Positions 7,868 to 17,766 of a DNA stretch of 32,000 bases are shown piece by piece. The notes below the pieces were generated by a model. It made no database searches. It was given only the letters and a program-made list of their open reading frames with translations, and was not told the origin of the DNA. The DNA lies in assembly GCA_051971635.1 (NCBI GenBank), contig JBFPLN010000003.1, positions 245,210-277,209 of the forward strand, written 5' to 3'. The stretch is from Candidatus Atelocyanobacterium thalassae (GTDB lineage: Bacteria; Cyanobacteriota; Cyanobacteriia; Cyanobacteriales; Microcystaceae). Every line of letters begins with the position of its first letter. Position 1 is the stretch's first letter. Position numbers and translations under genes: made by a program.

Positions 7868-10756
7868 ATGACAAATCAACAAGATTTGCCTCTTTTAATT
7901 TTAATTGATGGCCATTCTTTAGCCTTTAGAGCCTATTACGCTTTTTCTAATTCTAGGAAAGGGTTACTCAGAACTGCTACAGGAATTCCAACTAGTATTT
8001 GCTTTGGATTTCTAAATTCTTTAATACAAGTTATTGACTCAGAGAAGCCTAAATATATAGCTATTGCTTTTGATAGTAAAGAAAAAACATTTCGCCATAA
8101 ATTTGATACTGACTATAAAGCAAATCGTCCAGAAGCTCCAGAAGATTTTATTATTGATATTAAAAATTTACAAAAAGTTTTAAGAACACTAAATTTATTG
8201 ACCATTACTGTGCCTGGGTATGAAGCAGATGACATATTAGGTACACTGGCTATAAAAGCCAGTAATAAGGGTTGTCATGTAAAAATTCTCAGTGGTGATA
8301 AAGATCTTTTTCAATTAGTTGATGATAGAAAGAATATAAGTGTTCTTTATCCGGAAAGGAATGGAATTAAATCTTCCCTGGAGAAGAAATATACAGAAAT
8401 AACATCTAAGACGGTTATAGAAAAATTAGGAATAGTCTCAGAACAGGTTGTTGACTATAAAGCACTATGTGGCGATAAATCAGATAATATTTCTGGAGTC
8501 AGAGGTATTGGCGAAAAAACAGCAGTTAAGCTTTTAACTGAGTACAAAACCTTAGAGGGTATTTATCATAATATTGAATATATAAAGGGTGCAAATAAAA
8601 AGAAACTTACAGATGGTAGGTACGAAGCAGAACACTCACGTTACTTAGCTAAAATTGTTATTGACTGTCCATTGATTTTCGATATAGATGAATCTGAACT
8701 AAAAGGTTTTAATGTAAGTGCAGCAAAAGATATTTTCGAAGAGTTAGAGCTGAAAAAATTTAATGAAAACATCACCCAATTACAGAAACAATTAGGTGGA
8801 AAGCTTTCTCAGCAGTTATTACAAAAGATAGATCAATCAGTTGATACAGGTAAGACGTCAAATCATAAGCATAATACAAAAAATAATAATAATGAAATAA
8901 GTATTAATCCTCAAATTATCAGTAATACATGTCAGCTAGATGAATTAATTATTAAACTTTTAAGGTATCAAGATCCTAATTATCCAATCGCTTGGGATCT
9001 AGAAACGACAGACTTAAATCCTAGAAAAGCTGAACTAATAGGAATTGGATGTTGTTGGGGAAAAGAGGTAAATGATATTGCATATATTCCTGTAGGACAT
9101 AAAGAAGGTAAACAATTAACTACAAAAGAAATTCTGGGAAAGCTGCGACAAATTCTTGAAAGTAACCTTTACCCTAAAGTTTTTCAAAATGCAAAATTTG
9201 ACCGTCTTGTTTTATTTAACCAGGGTATCTATCTAAATGGGGTTGTTTTTGATACGATGCTAGCTAGTTATGTTATTAATTCTGATGGTAGCCACAAATT
9301 AAGCAGTTTATGTAAACAATATTTAAAAAATGTTGTTTCTCAAGATTATTCAGAATTAGTAATTAATAAAAAACAAACTATTGCTGACTTAGATATTTTG
9401 CAAGTTGCTAATTATTGTGGAATGGATGTTTATAGCACTTTTTTATTAGTAAAGCCATTAAAACAAAAGCTTAGAGATTTTCCAGATTTAGAAAAATTAT
9501 TTTTAGAAGTGGAACAATCTTTAGAAATAGTTTTATCAAAAATGGAAAACCAAGGTATTCTAATTGATGTAGACTATTTAAAAATTTTATCAAGACAAAT
9601 TAACAACAACTTATTTTGTCTTGAAGAAAAAATTTGTAAAGAAGCTAAAGAGAAATTTAATCTAGGCTCACCTAAGCAATTAAGTAAAATTTTATTTGAA
9701 AAGTTACAATTAAATACTAAAAAATCTAAAAAAATAACAACTGGATATTCAACTGATCATGCTACTTTAGAAAAATTAAAAGGTGATCATCCAATAATTG
9801 ATTATCTTTTAGAATATAGGACTTTATCTAAATTACAGTCAACTTACATAGATACTTTACCAACATTAGTCAATAGTCAAACATGTCGGATACATACTAG
9901 TTTCAATCAATTTATTACTACAACAGGAAGGTTATCTTCTTCCAATCCAAATTTACAAAATATCCCTATTAGAACTGAATTTTCTCGTAAAATAAGACGA
10001 GCATTCATTCCTCCTGAAAAATGGTTATTAGTTTCAGCAGACTATTCACAAATTGAATTAAGAATATTAGCGCATTTAAGTCAAGAACCTTTACTAGTAA
10101 ATGCTTATTGTAGTTGTCAGGATATCCACACTGTTACGGCACAGTTATTATTCGATAAAAAAGAAATTACGATAAAAGAGAGAAATTTAGGAAAGACCAT
10201 TAATTTTGGTGTTATCTATGGAATGGGTTCACAAAGATTTGCAAGAGAAGCAGGAGTAACAACAGCTCAAGGAAAAGATTTTATTAATAAGTATCATCAA
10301 CGATATAAAAAAGTATTTGAATTTCTAGAAAATGTAAAAAAGGAAGCTATTGTAAAGGGTTATGTTACAACAATATTAGGAAGAAGACGTCACTTTAACT
10401 TCCATAGTGATAGTTTGCGAAACCTATACGGATATGACTCTGATACAGTTAATTTAGATAAGTTAAAGTATGGTTATAGCGACTCCCAACTATTGAGAGC
10501 TGCTGCTAATGCTCCAATACAGGGCTCAAGTGCTGATATCATTAAAGTTGCAATGATTAGAATAGACAAACTTTTAAAAAGTTATAAAGCTAAATTATTA
10601 TTACAAGTTCATGATGAATTAGTATTCGAGATACCTCTAGAGGAATTAGAGGAATTACAGAATAAGATAAAGCAGATTATGGAAAACTCCGTGAAATTAA
10701 CTATTCCCCTACTAGTAGAAATAAAATCTGGGATTAATTGGATGGAAGCTAAATAA
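7868..10756 (+). CDS. polA: DNA polymerase I (5' nuclease, 3'-5' exonuclease and polymerase domains)
   Basis: 962 aa. The N-terminus is the 5' nuclease (LILIDGHSLAFRAYYA). The Exo I/II/III motifs are present (WDLETTDL, NAKFDRLVL, YCGMDVYSTF). The family A polymerase motifs are present (DYSQIELRILAH, RNLGKTINFGVIYG, QVHDELVFE). Confidence 0.97.
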   Translation: MTNQQDLPLLILIDGHSLAFRAYYAFSNSRKGLLRTATGIPTSICFGFLNSLIQVIDSEKPKYIAIAFDSKEKTFRHKFDTDYKANRPEAPEDFIIDIKNLQKVLRTLNLLTITVPGYEADDILGTLAIKASNKGCHVKILSGDKDLFQLVDDRKNISVLYPERNGIKSSLEKKYTEITSKTVIEKLGIVSEQVVDYKALCGDKSDNISGVRGIGEKTAVKLLTEYKTLEGIYHNIEYIKGANKKKLTDGRYEAEHSRYLAKIVIDCPLIFDIDESELKGFNVSAAKDIFEELELKKFNENITQLQKQLGGKLSQQLLQKIDQSVDTGKTSNHKHNTKNNNNEISINPQIISNTCQLDELIIKLLRYQDPNYPIAWDLETTDLNPRKAELIGIGCCWGKEVNDIAYIPVGHKEGKQLTTKEILGKLRQILESNLYPKVFQNAKFDRLVLFNQGIYLNGVVFDTMLASYVINSDGSHKLSSLCKQYLKNVVSQDYSELVINKKQTIADLDILQVANYCGMDVYSTFLLVKPLKQKLRDFPDLEKLFLEVEQSLEIVLSKMENQGILIDVDYLKILSRQINNNLFCLEEKICKEAKEKFNLGSPKQLSKILFEKLQLNTKKSKKITTGYSTDHATLEKLKGDHPIIDYLLEYRTLSKLQSTYIDTLPTLVNSQTCRIHTSFNQFITTTGRLSSSNPNLQNIPIRTEFSRKIRRAFIPPEKWLLVSADYSQIELRILAHLSQEPLLVNAYCSCQDIHTVTAQLLFDKKEITIKERNLGKTINFGVIYGMGSQRFAREAGVTTAQGKDFINKYHQRYKKVFEFLENVKKEAIVKGYVTTILGRRRHFNFHSDSLRNLYGYDSDTVNLDKLKYGYSDSQLLRAAANAPIQGSSADIIKVAMIRIDKLLKSYKAKLLLQVHDELVFEIPLEELEELQNKIKQIMENSVKLTIPLLVEIKSGINWMEAK

Positions 10757-11172
10757 GTTTAATTATTATGGTGAAAACTATAACCTTACTTAAAATTGTT
10801 TCCATATAGAATAAGAACTTTAAGTTTAATTAATTTTAAAAAAGAAAAAGGTTTATTAATTTTTATCGATTAAAAGTAACAATCTTATCATTTACTTAAG
10901 TTATATTAGAACTTGTAATAAATATATCAAGATGTATTTTTAGAAGTTAATAAATATTTACTATATAACTTTTGATGAAATAAAATTTTTCTCTTATGTA
11001 CCTTGTATAGAAAGTAGGACTTGAATTCTATTAAATTAACTTAACCCTAATATAAAATTATTAAGATCACTGCTAATATAAAGTAAGATTTTCAAGTAAT
11101 TAAAAATTCTACATATCCTAAACTTTTTAAACTTTTCACAACAACATAATTTAACGTAGGCAACTGTTATAT

Positions 11173-11796
11173 ATGTCAGAGCAAGACTGGTTAGTAAAAG
11201 ATAGTGGTAAATTTATATCACTTAGTTCGCCAAGAGACTGGGATTTATTAAATTCATTTTCTTCCTATCGACTATATCATTTTTTAATAGAACTAGATAA
11301 TATAGTGATTGATGTTGATGGGAAACAAGAAGTTGAAGATGAGTATCTCTTAAAGTTAAGGTATTTAACTAGAAAGTTAATAATTAATACTAATTGGATT
11401 AGTACTAATATATCTGTTCCTAATAAAGGAGTAGATATATCGGTACTGTATGATGAACCAGGCTATCCATATACTCTCCAACGAGAAATTATGCTACCTG
11501 GAAACAGTACATTTATTCATAATCATGGAACTTGGGCAGTTGTAGCAACATTACAAGGAATGCAAAAAAATATATTGTGGAAACCTTCTCCGAGTCTAGA
11601 ATATCCTAATAAAATTGAAAAGGCTAGTGAGAAAATTTTTCAACCTGGAGATATTGTAAGTTTTACGACTGATGCCATTCACTCTGTCGAGGCTATAGGT
11701 GATGAGCCAAGTATTACTCTAAATATTTATGGCGAAACCAATGCACTGAAGAGATTAAAGTTTGACATTAATGATAATTGTGCTCACCGTTTCTAG
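11173..11796 (+). CDS. cupin-fold protein, cysteine dioxygenase type I-like
   Basis: 207 aa. It has a cupin metal-site pattern (FIHNHGTWAVVATLQG ... AIHSVEA ... LNIYGE) that resembles the conserved cyanobacterial CDO-like cupin family. The assignment is at fold/family level only. Confidence 0.65.
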   Translation: MSEQDWLVKDSGKFISLSSPRDWDLLNSFSSYRLYHFLIELDNIVIDVDGKQEVEDEYLLKLRYLTRKLIINTNWISTNISVPNKGVDISVLYDEPGYPYTLQREIMLPGNSTFIHNHGTWAVVATLQGMQKNILWKPSPSLEYPNKIEKASEKIFQPGDIVSFTTDAIHSVEAIGDEPSITLNIYGETNALKRLKFDINDNCAHRF

Positions 11797-11814
11797 AAGA
11801 CTTTCAATTATCTT

Positions 11815-12021
11815 TTATAGTATTTTTTTAAATCTCTCAAAATATAAAGGTACTGCTACAAGGCTTAGTTTCAATATCCATGGAGCAAGGATAAGAGTCA
11901 CCAATAATGATAATAATGCAAGACATCCCATGGAAACTTTGACTATATCTTCTTGTAGATTTAGGCTTAAAAAAGCAGACATTGAAGCAATACCTAAGGT
12001 AATTAAAGAAGCGACTAACAT
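11815..12021 (-). CDS. small hypothetical membrane protein (two predicted TM helices)
   Basis: The 68-aa ORF has two clean hydrophobic spans (LVASLITLGIASMSAFLSL and CLALLSLLVTLILAPWIL). The overlapping plus-strand ORF 11762-12034 has no protein-like character. I recognise no family. Confidence 0.4.
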   Translation of the reverse strand: MLVASLITLGIASMSAFLSLNLQEDIVKVSMGCLALLSLLVTLILAPWILKLSLVAVPLYFERFKKIL

Positions 12022-12336
12022 TTTTCTCTGCTAACTCATAATTATTTGTAATACAAGAAACTTTTGGCGAAGAAGAATCTTATTTGTAACTTTTTTAGAC
12101 ATAGCTGTTTTATAAGGCACCAAGTTACGCCAACAAATACTCTATATATTAACAACGCTACACAATTCTTAACACAAGTGTCAAGCTAGAGTACAAATAT
12201 AGTATTCGATGTTTATGGATAAAAAATTATATTCTCATATTTCAATTGGCTGTCTTAGATATTCATGGCTTTAATTATTCTATCGGATTGATTCTACCAA
12301 TAATTAACAGCAAAGATTTTATTCATAAGATAAAAG

Positions 12337-13032
12337 TTATAGATATCCCTGCTTTCTTAAAAAATCTGAACTAATATCTAGGCTCATATTAGATTTTGTA
12401 GATTCTAAAGTTTTACCCAAAAATTTTTCTACATATTTCCCTAATATATCTCCTTCAATATTTACTAAATCACCAGGTTTAAGATAGTAGAGATTAGTAT
12501 AGTTATAAGTATGAGGTATTACTGAGACTTTAAACCAAGCTCCTGATAGATCACATTCAGCTATAGTTAAACTAATACCATTAATAGCTATACTTCCTTT
12601 TGTAACCAAATATGGTTGAATAAAATTAGACCATTCTCTGACTTTTGAAGATGGAGCTGCAAACGTCATCTCCCATGCTTTGTTAGTAGAAGTATAATTT
12701 ACCAATGATCCTATTCCATCTACATGACCAGTGACGAAATGACCACCTAATTTGCTACCTACACACAACGAAGACTCTAAATTGACATAACTGGCAGTTT
12801 TTATTTTTTGAGATAAAGTGCTTCTCTGTAAAGTTTCAGGAGAAACAGTAACGACAAAACCATTTTCTGTAAAATTTTCCGCTGTTAAGCATACACCATC
12901 TACAGCTATGCTATCTCCTATTGATAAGTTAGATAATATACTTGTAGGAGAGGGATTCAAGACTGTAAGAACAAAACGATCAGATTCAAGAGAATCAATA
13001 AAGCCAAGATTTTCAATTAAACCAGTAAACAT
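12337..13032 (-). CDS. ribE: riboflavin synthase (alpha chain)
   Basis: 231 aa. It has the MFTGLIE N-terminus and the duplicated lumazine-binding repeats (GDSIAVDGVCLT and GSIAINGISLT). Confidence 0.9.
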   Translation of the reverse strand: MFTGLIENLGFIDSLESDRFVLTVLNPSPTSILSNLSIGDSIAVDGVCLTAENFTENGFVVTVSPETLQRSTLSQKIKTASYVNLESSLCVGSKLGGHFVTGHVDGIGSLVNYTSTNKAWEMTFAAPSSKVREWSNFIQPYLVTKGSIAINGISLTIAECDLSGAWFKVSVIPHTYNYTNLYYLKPGDLVNIEGDILGKYVEKFLGKTLESTKSNMSLDISSDFLRKQGYL

Positions 13033-13533
13033 TTCTGTAATTATTAAGAAAACTATAATTCTATCTTACATAGAAAGTTTATCTATATCTTGAGACATCT
13101 TATGAACATAACTTATTCTCATAAAGAAGTATGCGACTAGCGTCATATTTGAGAATTGATTTACATGAACTTAGTGCATTTTGAAGAATATTTATATTAG
13201 AATATTAGGAGGAAAAATTAATAATTAAACTTAAAGTAACTATAATATCTTTAAACATATAAAATAATCTTGTTCTCTCATCACAAAATGTACTTAAGCA
13301 CCTATTATTTATAATTTATACAAGCTAAGATTAGTTAACACATTCAAGCTATATATATAATATTAAAGCTTATTAAGTATGAATTTATAAGTTTATTACA
13401 CACTTATCAAATATTTTAAAAGTACTACTAAATAAAAATACATATTTCTATTTTGTTAGTATAACTTATTGATTTCCAAAAATATTTATAGAACATAAAT
13501 ATATATTTATGTATGTTATTTTTATCAAGTAAT

Positions 13534-14793
13534 TTACTTTTTCTTTATTCTTTTTCCAATTACATCAGCACTTGTGTTGTAATAAATTGCTGCTTGTGAA
13601 TTGTTAAAACTTAATTTTTCCTCACCTTCTAACCTATATGAGATAGTTGGTTTAACTGGCATTATACCTAATACTTTGATGATTTCTTTAGCAACAGCCC
13701 TTGCTAATAAAGGGGGTACTGAATTACCAACTTGCCGAAATCCATGCCATTTAGTCACATGAAACCTAAACCAATCAGGGTAAGAATGCAATCTTGCAGC
13801 TTCTCTTACAGTAATACATCTGGGAGTAAAAGGGTGAATAGGGCGAGGAGATGTGTGTGAACCTCTATTAGGAGGTGTTCCAGCTCTCAGAGTATTACAT
13901 AAACCTTCTGGATGTAGTTTGAAAAATTTGCTAATAGATTCTTTTTCTCCTTGAAGAGTTTTTAGAAATCTTTCAATTGATTTTTGTGTATGATTAGTTC
14001 TTAAACTGGAAGTTAAAAGATTCCTATCATATACTCTTTGATAAGAAAAATTATCTCTTGAGTTAAGAATGCTTTGGAGATAATCATTAGGTTGACTGTA
14101 ATGAATTTCAACCCAATCTTTATAATTTAATTCTGAATAATAGTTAACTTCAGGTAGATCGCTAATAGCTTGACTTACTGTCGGAGCAAAGGGGATAGCT
14201 GAATTTAAATTTTCCCCATAATTTGTTAAAAATTGCGGATAATTAGGGAGAGGTAAATTTGATTTTGCTCCTAAAAGAAAAAGCCTCTTTCTTATTTGTG
14301 GAACTCCATAGTTAGCAGAATTTAAAATCTTATATTTTGTCTGTATCTGATAATTATTAATAGTAAATTTATTAAATATTTTTTCTAAAAATATTTGATT
14401 ATTTTTTGCAGTCATACCAGGAACATTCTCAATTACAAAGTATTTAGGCTGTAATTCTATTACTAAGCGAATAAAGTGCTCAATTAAATTATTTCGATTA
14501 TCTCTTGGATTTCGTTTGCCCATAGATGAAAAACCTTGACAAGGAGGACCACCAAAAACAACATCAATCTCCTGATTCTTAATTTGAGATAAACTTTTAA
14601 TTGTTTTGGCATTAATTTTAGAAATATCAGAACATATGGTTGTCCAAAAAGGAAAGTTATATTCATGAACAGCACAGTGAATAGGATCAATTTCTATAGC
14701 TCCTAAGACATCAAATCCAGCTTGTTCAAAACCAAGTGTCATTCCTCCTACACCGGCGAATAAATCAATAGCAATAGGACGTTTCTGATTCAT
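13534..14793 (-). CDS. dcm: DNA (cytosine-5)-methyltransferase, apparently orphan
   Basis: 419 aa carrying the C5-MTase motifs: I DLFAGVGG, IV GGPPCQGFS, VI ENVPGM, VIII QIRKRLFLLG, X GNSVPPLLA. A variable TRD lies between VIII and IX. Confidence 0.93.
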   Translation of the reverse strand: MNQKRPIAIDLFAGVGGMTLGFEQAGFDVLGAIEIDPIHCAVHEYNFPFWTTICSDISKINAKTIKSLSQIKNQEIDVVFGGPPCQGFSSMGKRNPRDNRNNLIEHFIRLVIELQPKYFVIENVPGMTAKNNQIFLEKIFNKFTINNYQIQTKYKILNSANYGVPQIRKRLFLLGAKSNLPLPNYPQFLTNYGENLNSAIPFAPTVSQAISDLPEVNYYSELNYKDWVEIHYSQPNDYLQSILNSRDNFSYQRVYDRNLLTSSLRTNHTQKSIERFLKTLQGEKESISKFFKLHPEGLCNTLRAGTPPNRGSHTSPRPIHPFTPRCITVREAARLHSYPDWFRFHVTKWHGFRQVGNSVPPLLARAVAKEIIKVLGIMPVKPTISYRLEGEEKLSFNNSQAAIYYNTSADVIGKRIKKK

Positions 14794-14939
14794 ATAACTA
14801 TTCTGATAGTATAAAAAAATTAATATCGATTGTAAAACTTATTAATCTATTAAGGTCTTTTGGTAAGCTTGTACTTTAACAGAGTAACAAAAAAACTTTT
14901 GAGGGATATATTTTAATAAATAATCTATTCATTTTTTGA

Positions 14940-16193
14940 TCAGTTATTTTTTTTTCTTAAAAGTTTAATTGCTTCTTGATACTGTAAATCTTTTATTGTA
15001 GCGATTTCATCATAGTTAAGCTGCTTTTGTACAATAACTTTATTTGGTTGAATACCTAATTTATGGATATTTTTATGATTGGGAGTCTCGTATCTAGCTA
15101 CAGTAATGGCTAAGCTAGAATTATCAGATAGTTCAAATAAAGACTGAATCAGACCTTTTCCAAAAGTTGTCTCACCCAATAATGTTGCTCTTTTATTGTC
15201 TTGCAAAGCTCCTGCTAAAATTTCACTGGAACTTGCAGTACCTTTGTTAACCAATAAAACCAATGGGGCATTTGTTAATGGTGTTCCAAAAGAACTAAAA
15301 CTATCTTGAACACCTTGACGATTAATAGTGTAGACTATGGTCCCTTTACTCATCCATAAACGAGCGATGTCAATACCACTTTGTAAGAGTCCTCCTGGGT
15401 TATCTCTTAGATCCAAAATATAAGATTTTACGCCCTTTTCTTCAAGTTCCTCGATGGCTTGTTTCATTTCTCTAACAGCATTTGCACTGAATTTATCTAA
15501 GCGAATATAACCAACAAGGAAATTAGGTAAAGTTCTATCTATACTAACCACCAATGGACTTAAAGATATATGTTTACGAATGATTTTATTTTGATATGTT
15601 TTTTTATCTTGAGAAGAGAAAATAGTTAAGTTAATTTCTGTACCGGTTGGTCCACGCATTTTTTCAGCAGCTTGATCTAGAGTCAAATCAGTAGTGCTAA
15701 CACCATCAATTTCTAAGATCAAATCATGTGCCTTAATACCAGCTAACTGTGCAGGAGAGTTTTTAAGAGAAGAAAGAATTTCTAAGTCTCTGGTTTTAGG
15801 ATTAATTTGAACTTGTAATCCTACCCCTAATAATTCTCCTGAAGTCTCAATTTGAAGATTATGGTATTGTTCTGGTCTTAAGAAACGAGTAAAAGGCTCA
15901 TCAAGTGTCGTTAACATTTCATTAATTGCTTGATAAGTATCTTCCCGTGTATTTAAAGAATTTTTTAGTAAATCTTGCCTTACTAAATACCAGTTTTGAT
16001 TATTAAATGTATCATCTAGATAAGATGTATTTAGTAAATTCCAGGATTCCAACAATAGTCTTTGATTTTTACTAAAGGCATGGGCATTAGAAGTTAGAAT
16101 ACAGTAGCTATAAATAATTAAAGTAATAAAAAAAAATATAAATCTAGAAAATTTCCCTTTCATAAAATCAGTCAAAATAATATTTTTAAACAT
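14940..16193 (-). CDS. carboxyl-terminal processing protease, S41 family (CtpA/B/C type)
   Basis: 417 aa. It has an N-terminal TM/signal segment and a PDZ region (GVGLQVQ...GIKAHDLILEIDG). The S41 catalytic Ser block is GTASSSEIL and the Lys block is TFGKGLIQ. Which paralogue it is cannot be told from sequence alone. The start could instead be the ATG 10 codons in. Confidence 0.9.
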   Translation of the reverse strand: MFKNIILTDFMKGKFSRFIFFFITLIIYSYCILTSNAHAFSKNQRLLLESWNLLNTSYLDDTFNNQNWYLVRQDLLKNSLNTREDTYQAINEMLTTLDEPFTRFLRPEQYHNLQIETSGELLGVGLQVQINPKTRDLEILSSLKNSPAQLAGIKAHDLILEIDGVSTTDLTLDQAAEKMRGPTGTEINLTIFSSQDKKTYQNKIIRKHISLSPLVVSIDRTLPNFLVGYIRLDKFSANAVREMKQAIEELEEKGVKSYILDLRDNPGGLLQSGIDIARLWMSKGTIVYTINRQGVQDSFSSFGTPLTNAPLVLLVNKGTASSSEILAGALQDNKRATLLGETTFGKGLIQSLFELSDNSSLAITVARYETPNHKNIHKLGIQPNKVIVQKQLNYDEIATIKDLQYQEAIKLLRKKNN

Positions 16194-16647
16194 AGAGAAT
16201 ATATTCTAACTTGGCCAAAAAGTATTATGGTAAAAATCTCTATAGCGACAGTATCATATTGACAAATATTGCTTAAAATCATTACTGTAATTGTTTATTT
16301 ACAAGGTCTATAAAAATTTGGCATAAATGACAATATTTATACTCAAATTTATATGTAGTATATGTCTATTGTAAGAATTTAATTACGATCATTGCTAATC
16401 TATGTAGCAACTAAAATATTCTTTAATTTCACATATATCTCAGAGGATATAGTTTCATGTGTATTGTATGCAGTAGCTTAATAAAATAAGTCTTATCATA
16501 GTCATACTGCATTTTTACAGTTTCAAATAAAAACTCTATAATTTCATCAACTGGGCTCATAAATTACATTAATGAAAATAAATTTTCTTTTGTAGAATAT
16601 GGTAGATATAATAAGATCTATAAATTTTGGAGAGAAGTAATTAGAAA

Positions 16648-17553
16648 GTGTCAATTAATTTTCAGAACATTATTACAAATTTAAATAACTTTTGGAGTAG
16701 TTATGGTTGCATTATTTTGCAACCTTATGACATTGAGAAAGGCGCAGGAACTATGAATCCTAGTACATTTCTTAGGACTATTGGCCCAGAACCTTGGTCA
16801 GTAGCATATGTAGAACCTTGCCGTCGTCCAACTGATGGTCGCTATGGCAAGAATCCTAATCGTTTTCAATATTATTTTCAGTATCAAGTATTGATTAAAC
16901 CATCTTTAGACAATATTCAAGAAATCTATTTAGAGTCCCTTAAAGCGTTAGGGATTAAACCTCAAGATCATGATATTCGTTTTGTAGAAGATAATTGGGA
17001 ATCGCCTACACTAGGTGCCTGGGGCGTAGGCTGGGAAGTATGGTTTGACGGAATGGAGGTTACTCAATTTACTTATTTTCAGCAATGTGGAGGAAAAGAT
17101 TGTTTTCCAACTCCTATAGAAATAACTTATGGATTAGAAAGATTGGCAATGTATTTACAAAAAGTAGAAGTAATTACAGATATTAAATGGAATGAGAATA
17201 TTAATTATGGAGATATCTTTTTACAGAGTGAAATAGAGCATTGCATATATAATTTTGAGGTATCTAATTCTGATTTATTATTCCAATTATTTAACCTATA
17301 TGAAAAAGAGGCCGAGGCATTAATTGCTCAGAAATTAGTTTCTCCTAGTTTAGACTATGTCCTAAAATGCTCCCATTCATTCAATTTATTAGATGCTCGA
17401 GGCGTAATTGCAGTAGCAGAAAGAACTACTTATATAGGTCGTATTCGTTCTTTGGCTAAAGAAATTGCTAGCTTATACTTGGAACAGAGAAAAAACCTTG
17501 ATTTTCCTTTGCTAAATAAAGATATTAGCTATTCTCAATCTGATGCTAATTAA
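16648..17553 (+). CDS. glyQ: glycine--tRNA ligase subunit alpha
   Basis: 301 aa with a GTG start. It is highly conserved GlyQ sequence ([48 protein letters not shown]). Confidence 0.95.
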   Translation: MSINFQNIITNLNNFWSSYGCIILQPYDIEKGAGTMNPSTFLRTIGPEPWSVAYVEPCRRPTDGRYGKNPNRFQYYFQYQVLIKPSLDNIQEIYLESLKALGIKPQDHDIRFVEDNWESPTLGAWGVGWEVWFDGMEVTQFTYFQQCGGKDCFPTPIEITYGLERLAMYLQKVEVITDIKWNENINYGDIFLQSEIEHCIYNFEVSNSDLLFQLFNLYEKEAEALIAQKLVSPSLDYVLKCSHSFNLLDARGVIAVAERTTYIGRIRSLAKEIASLYLEQRKNLDFPLLNKDISYSQSDAN

Positions 17554-17766
17554 TAAAATTGATTTCTTGTTACAATAATTATCTACTCCATTGCATACGC
17601 ATAACATATTTATATTAGCTAATTTGCAAATCGTAATTATCTTTATTCTTTGTTAAAATTTAAACAATAAAGTACTCACAGTTAATAACTTGTATGTAAA
17701 CGGTATCTCAAAGTTTAAATAAATTAGTAACAGCGATTTTCAAAAATTAAAAATATTTCTGAATAA

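Noticed and set aside
7824-7871. 15-codon upstream ORF (MLIIITYTQISTVLL) whose TGA overlaps the polA ATG in an ATGA arrangement, suggesting translational coupling.
   Set aside because: It is very short and purely AT-codon in composition, with no Shine-Dalgarno of its own. ORFs of this kind are expected by chance in AT-rich leaders.
11762-12034. 90-aa plus-strand ORF overlapping the cupin 3' end and the small membrane ORF.
   Set aside because: It has no protein-like features and overlaps the end of a supported CDS. The opposite-strand ORF has clean TM helices and is preferred.
12818-13093. 91-aa plus-strand ORF antisense to ribE.
   Set aside because: It is a shadow ORF within a conserved gene.
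14484-14690. 68-aa minus-strand ORF in an alternative frame inside the methyltransferase gene.
   Set aside because: It lies entirely within the dcm CDS, including motif IV, in another frame. Its low-complexity Leu/Phe content is typical of off-frame AT-rich translation.
16194-16647. Looked for a T-box leader or attenuator upstream of glyQ. There is an 8 bp stem atgcagta/tactgcat (16468-16475/16505-16512) followed by TTTT.
   Set aside because: There is no T-box consensus sequence and no specifier-loop architecture. The stem is short with a 29 nt loop. T-boxes are not an established feature of cyanobacteria.
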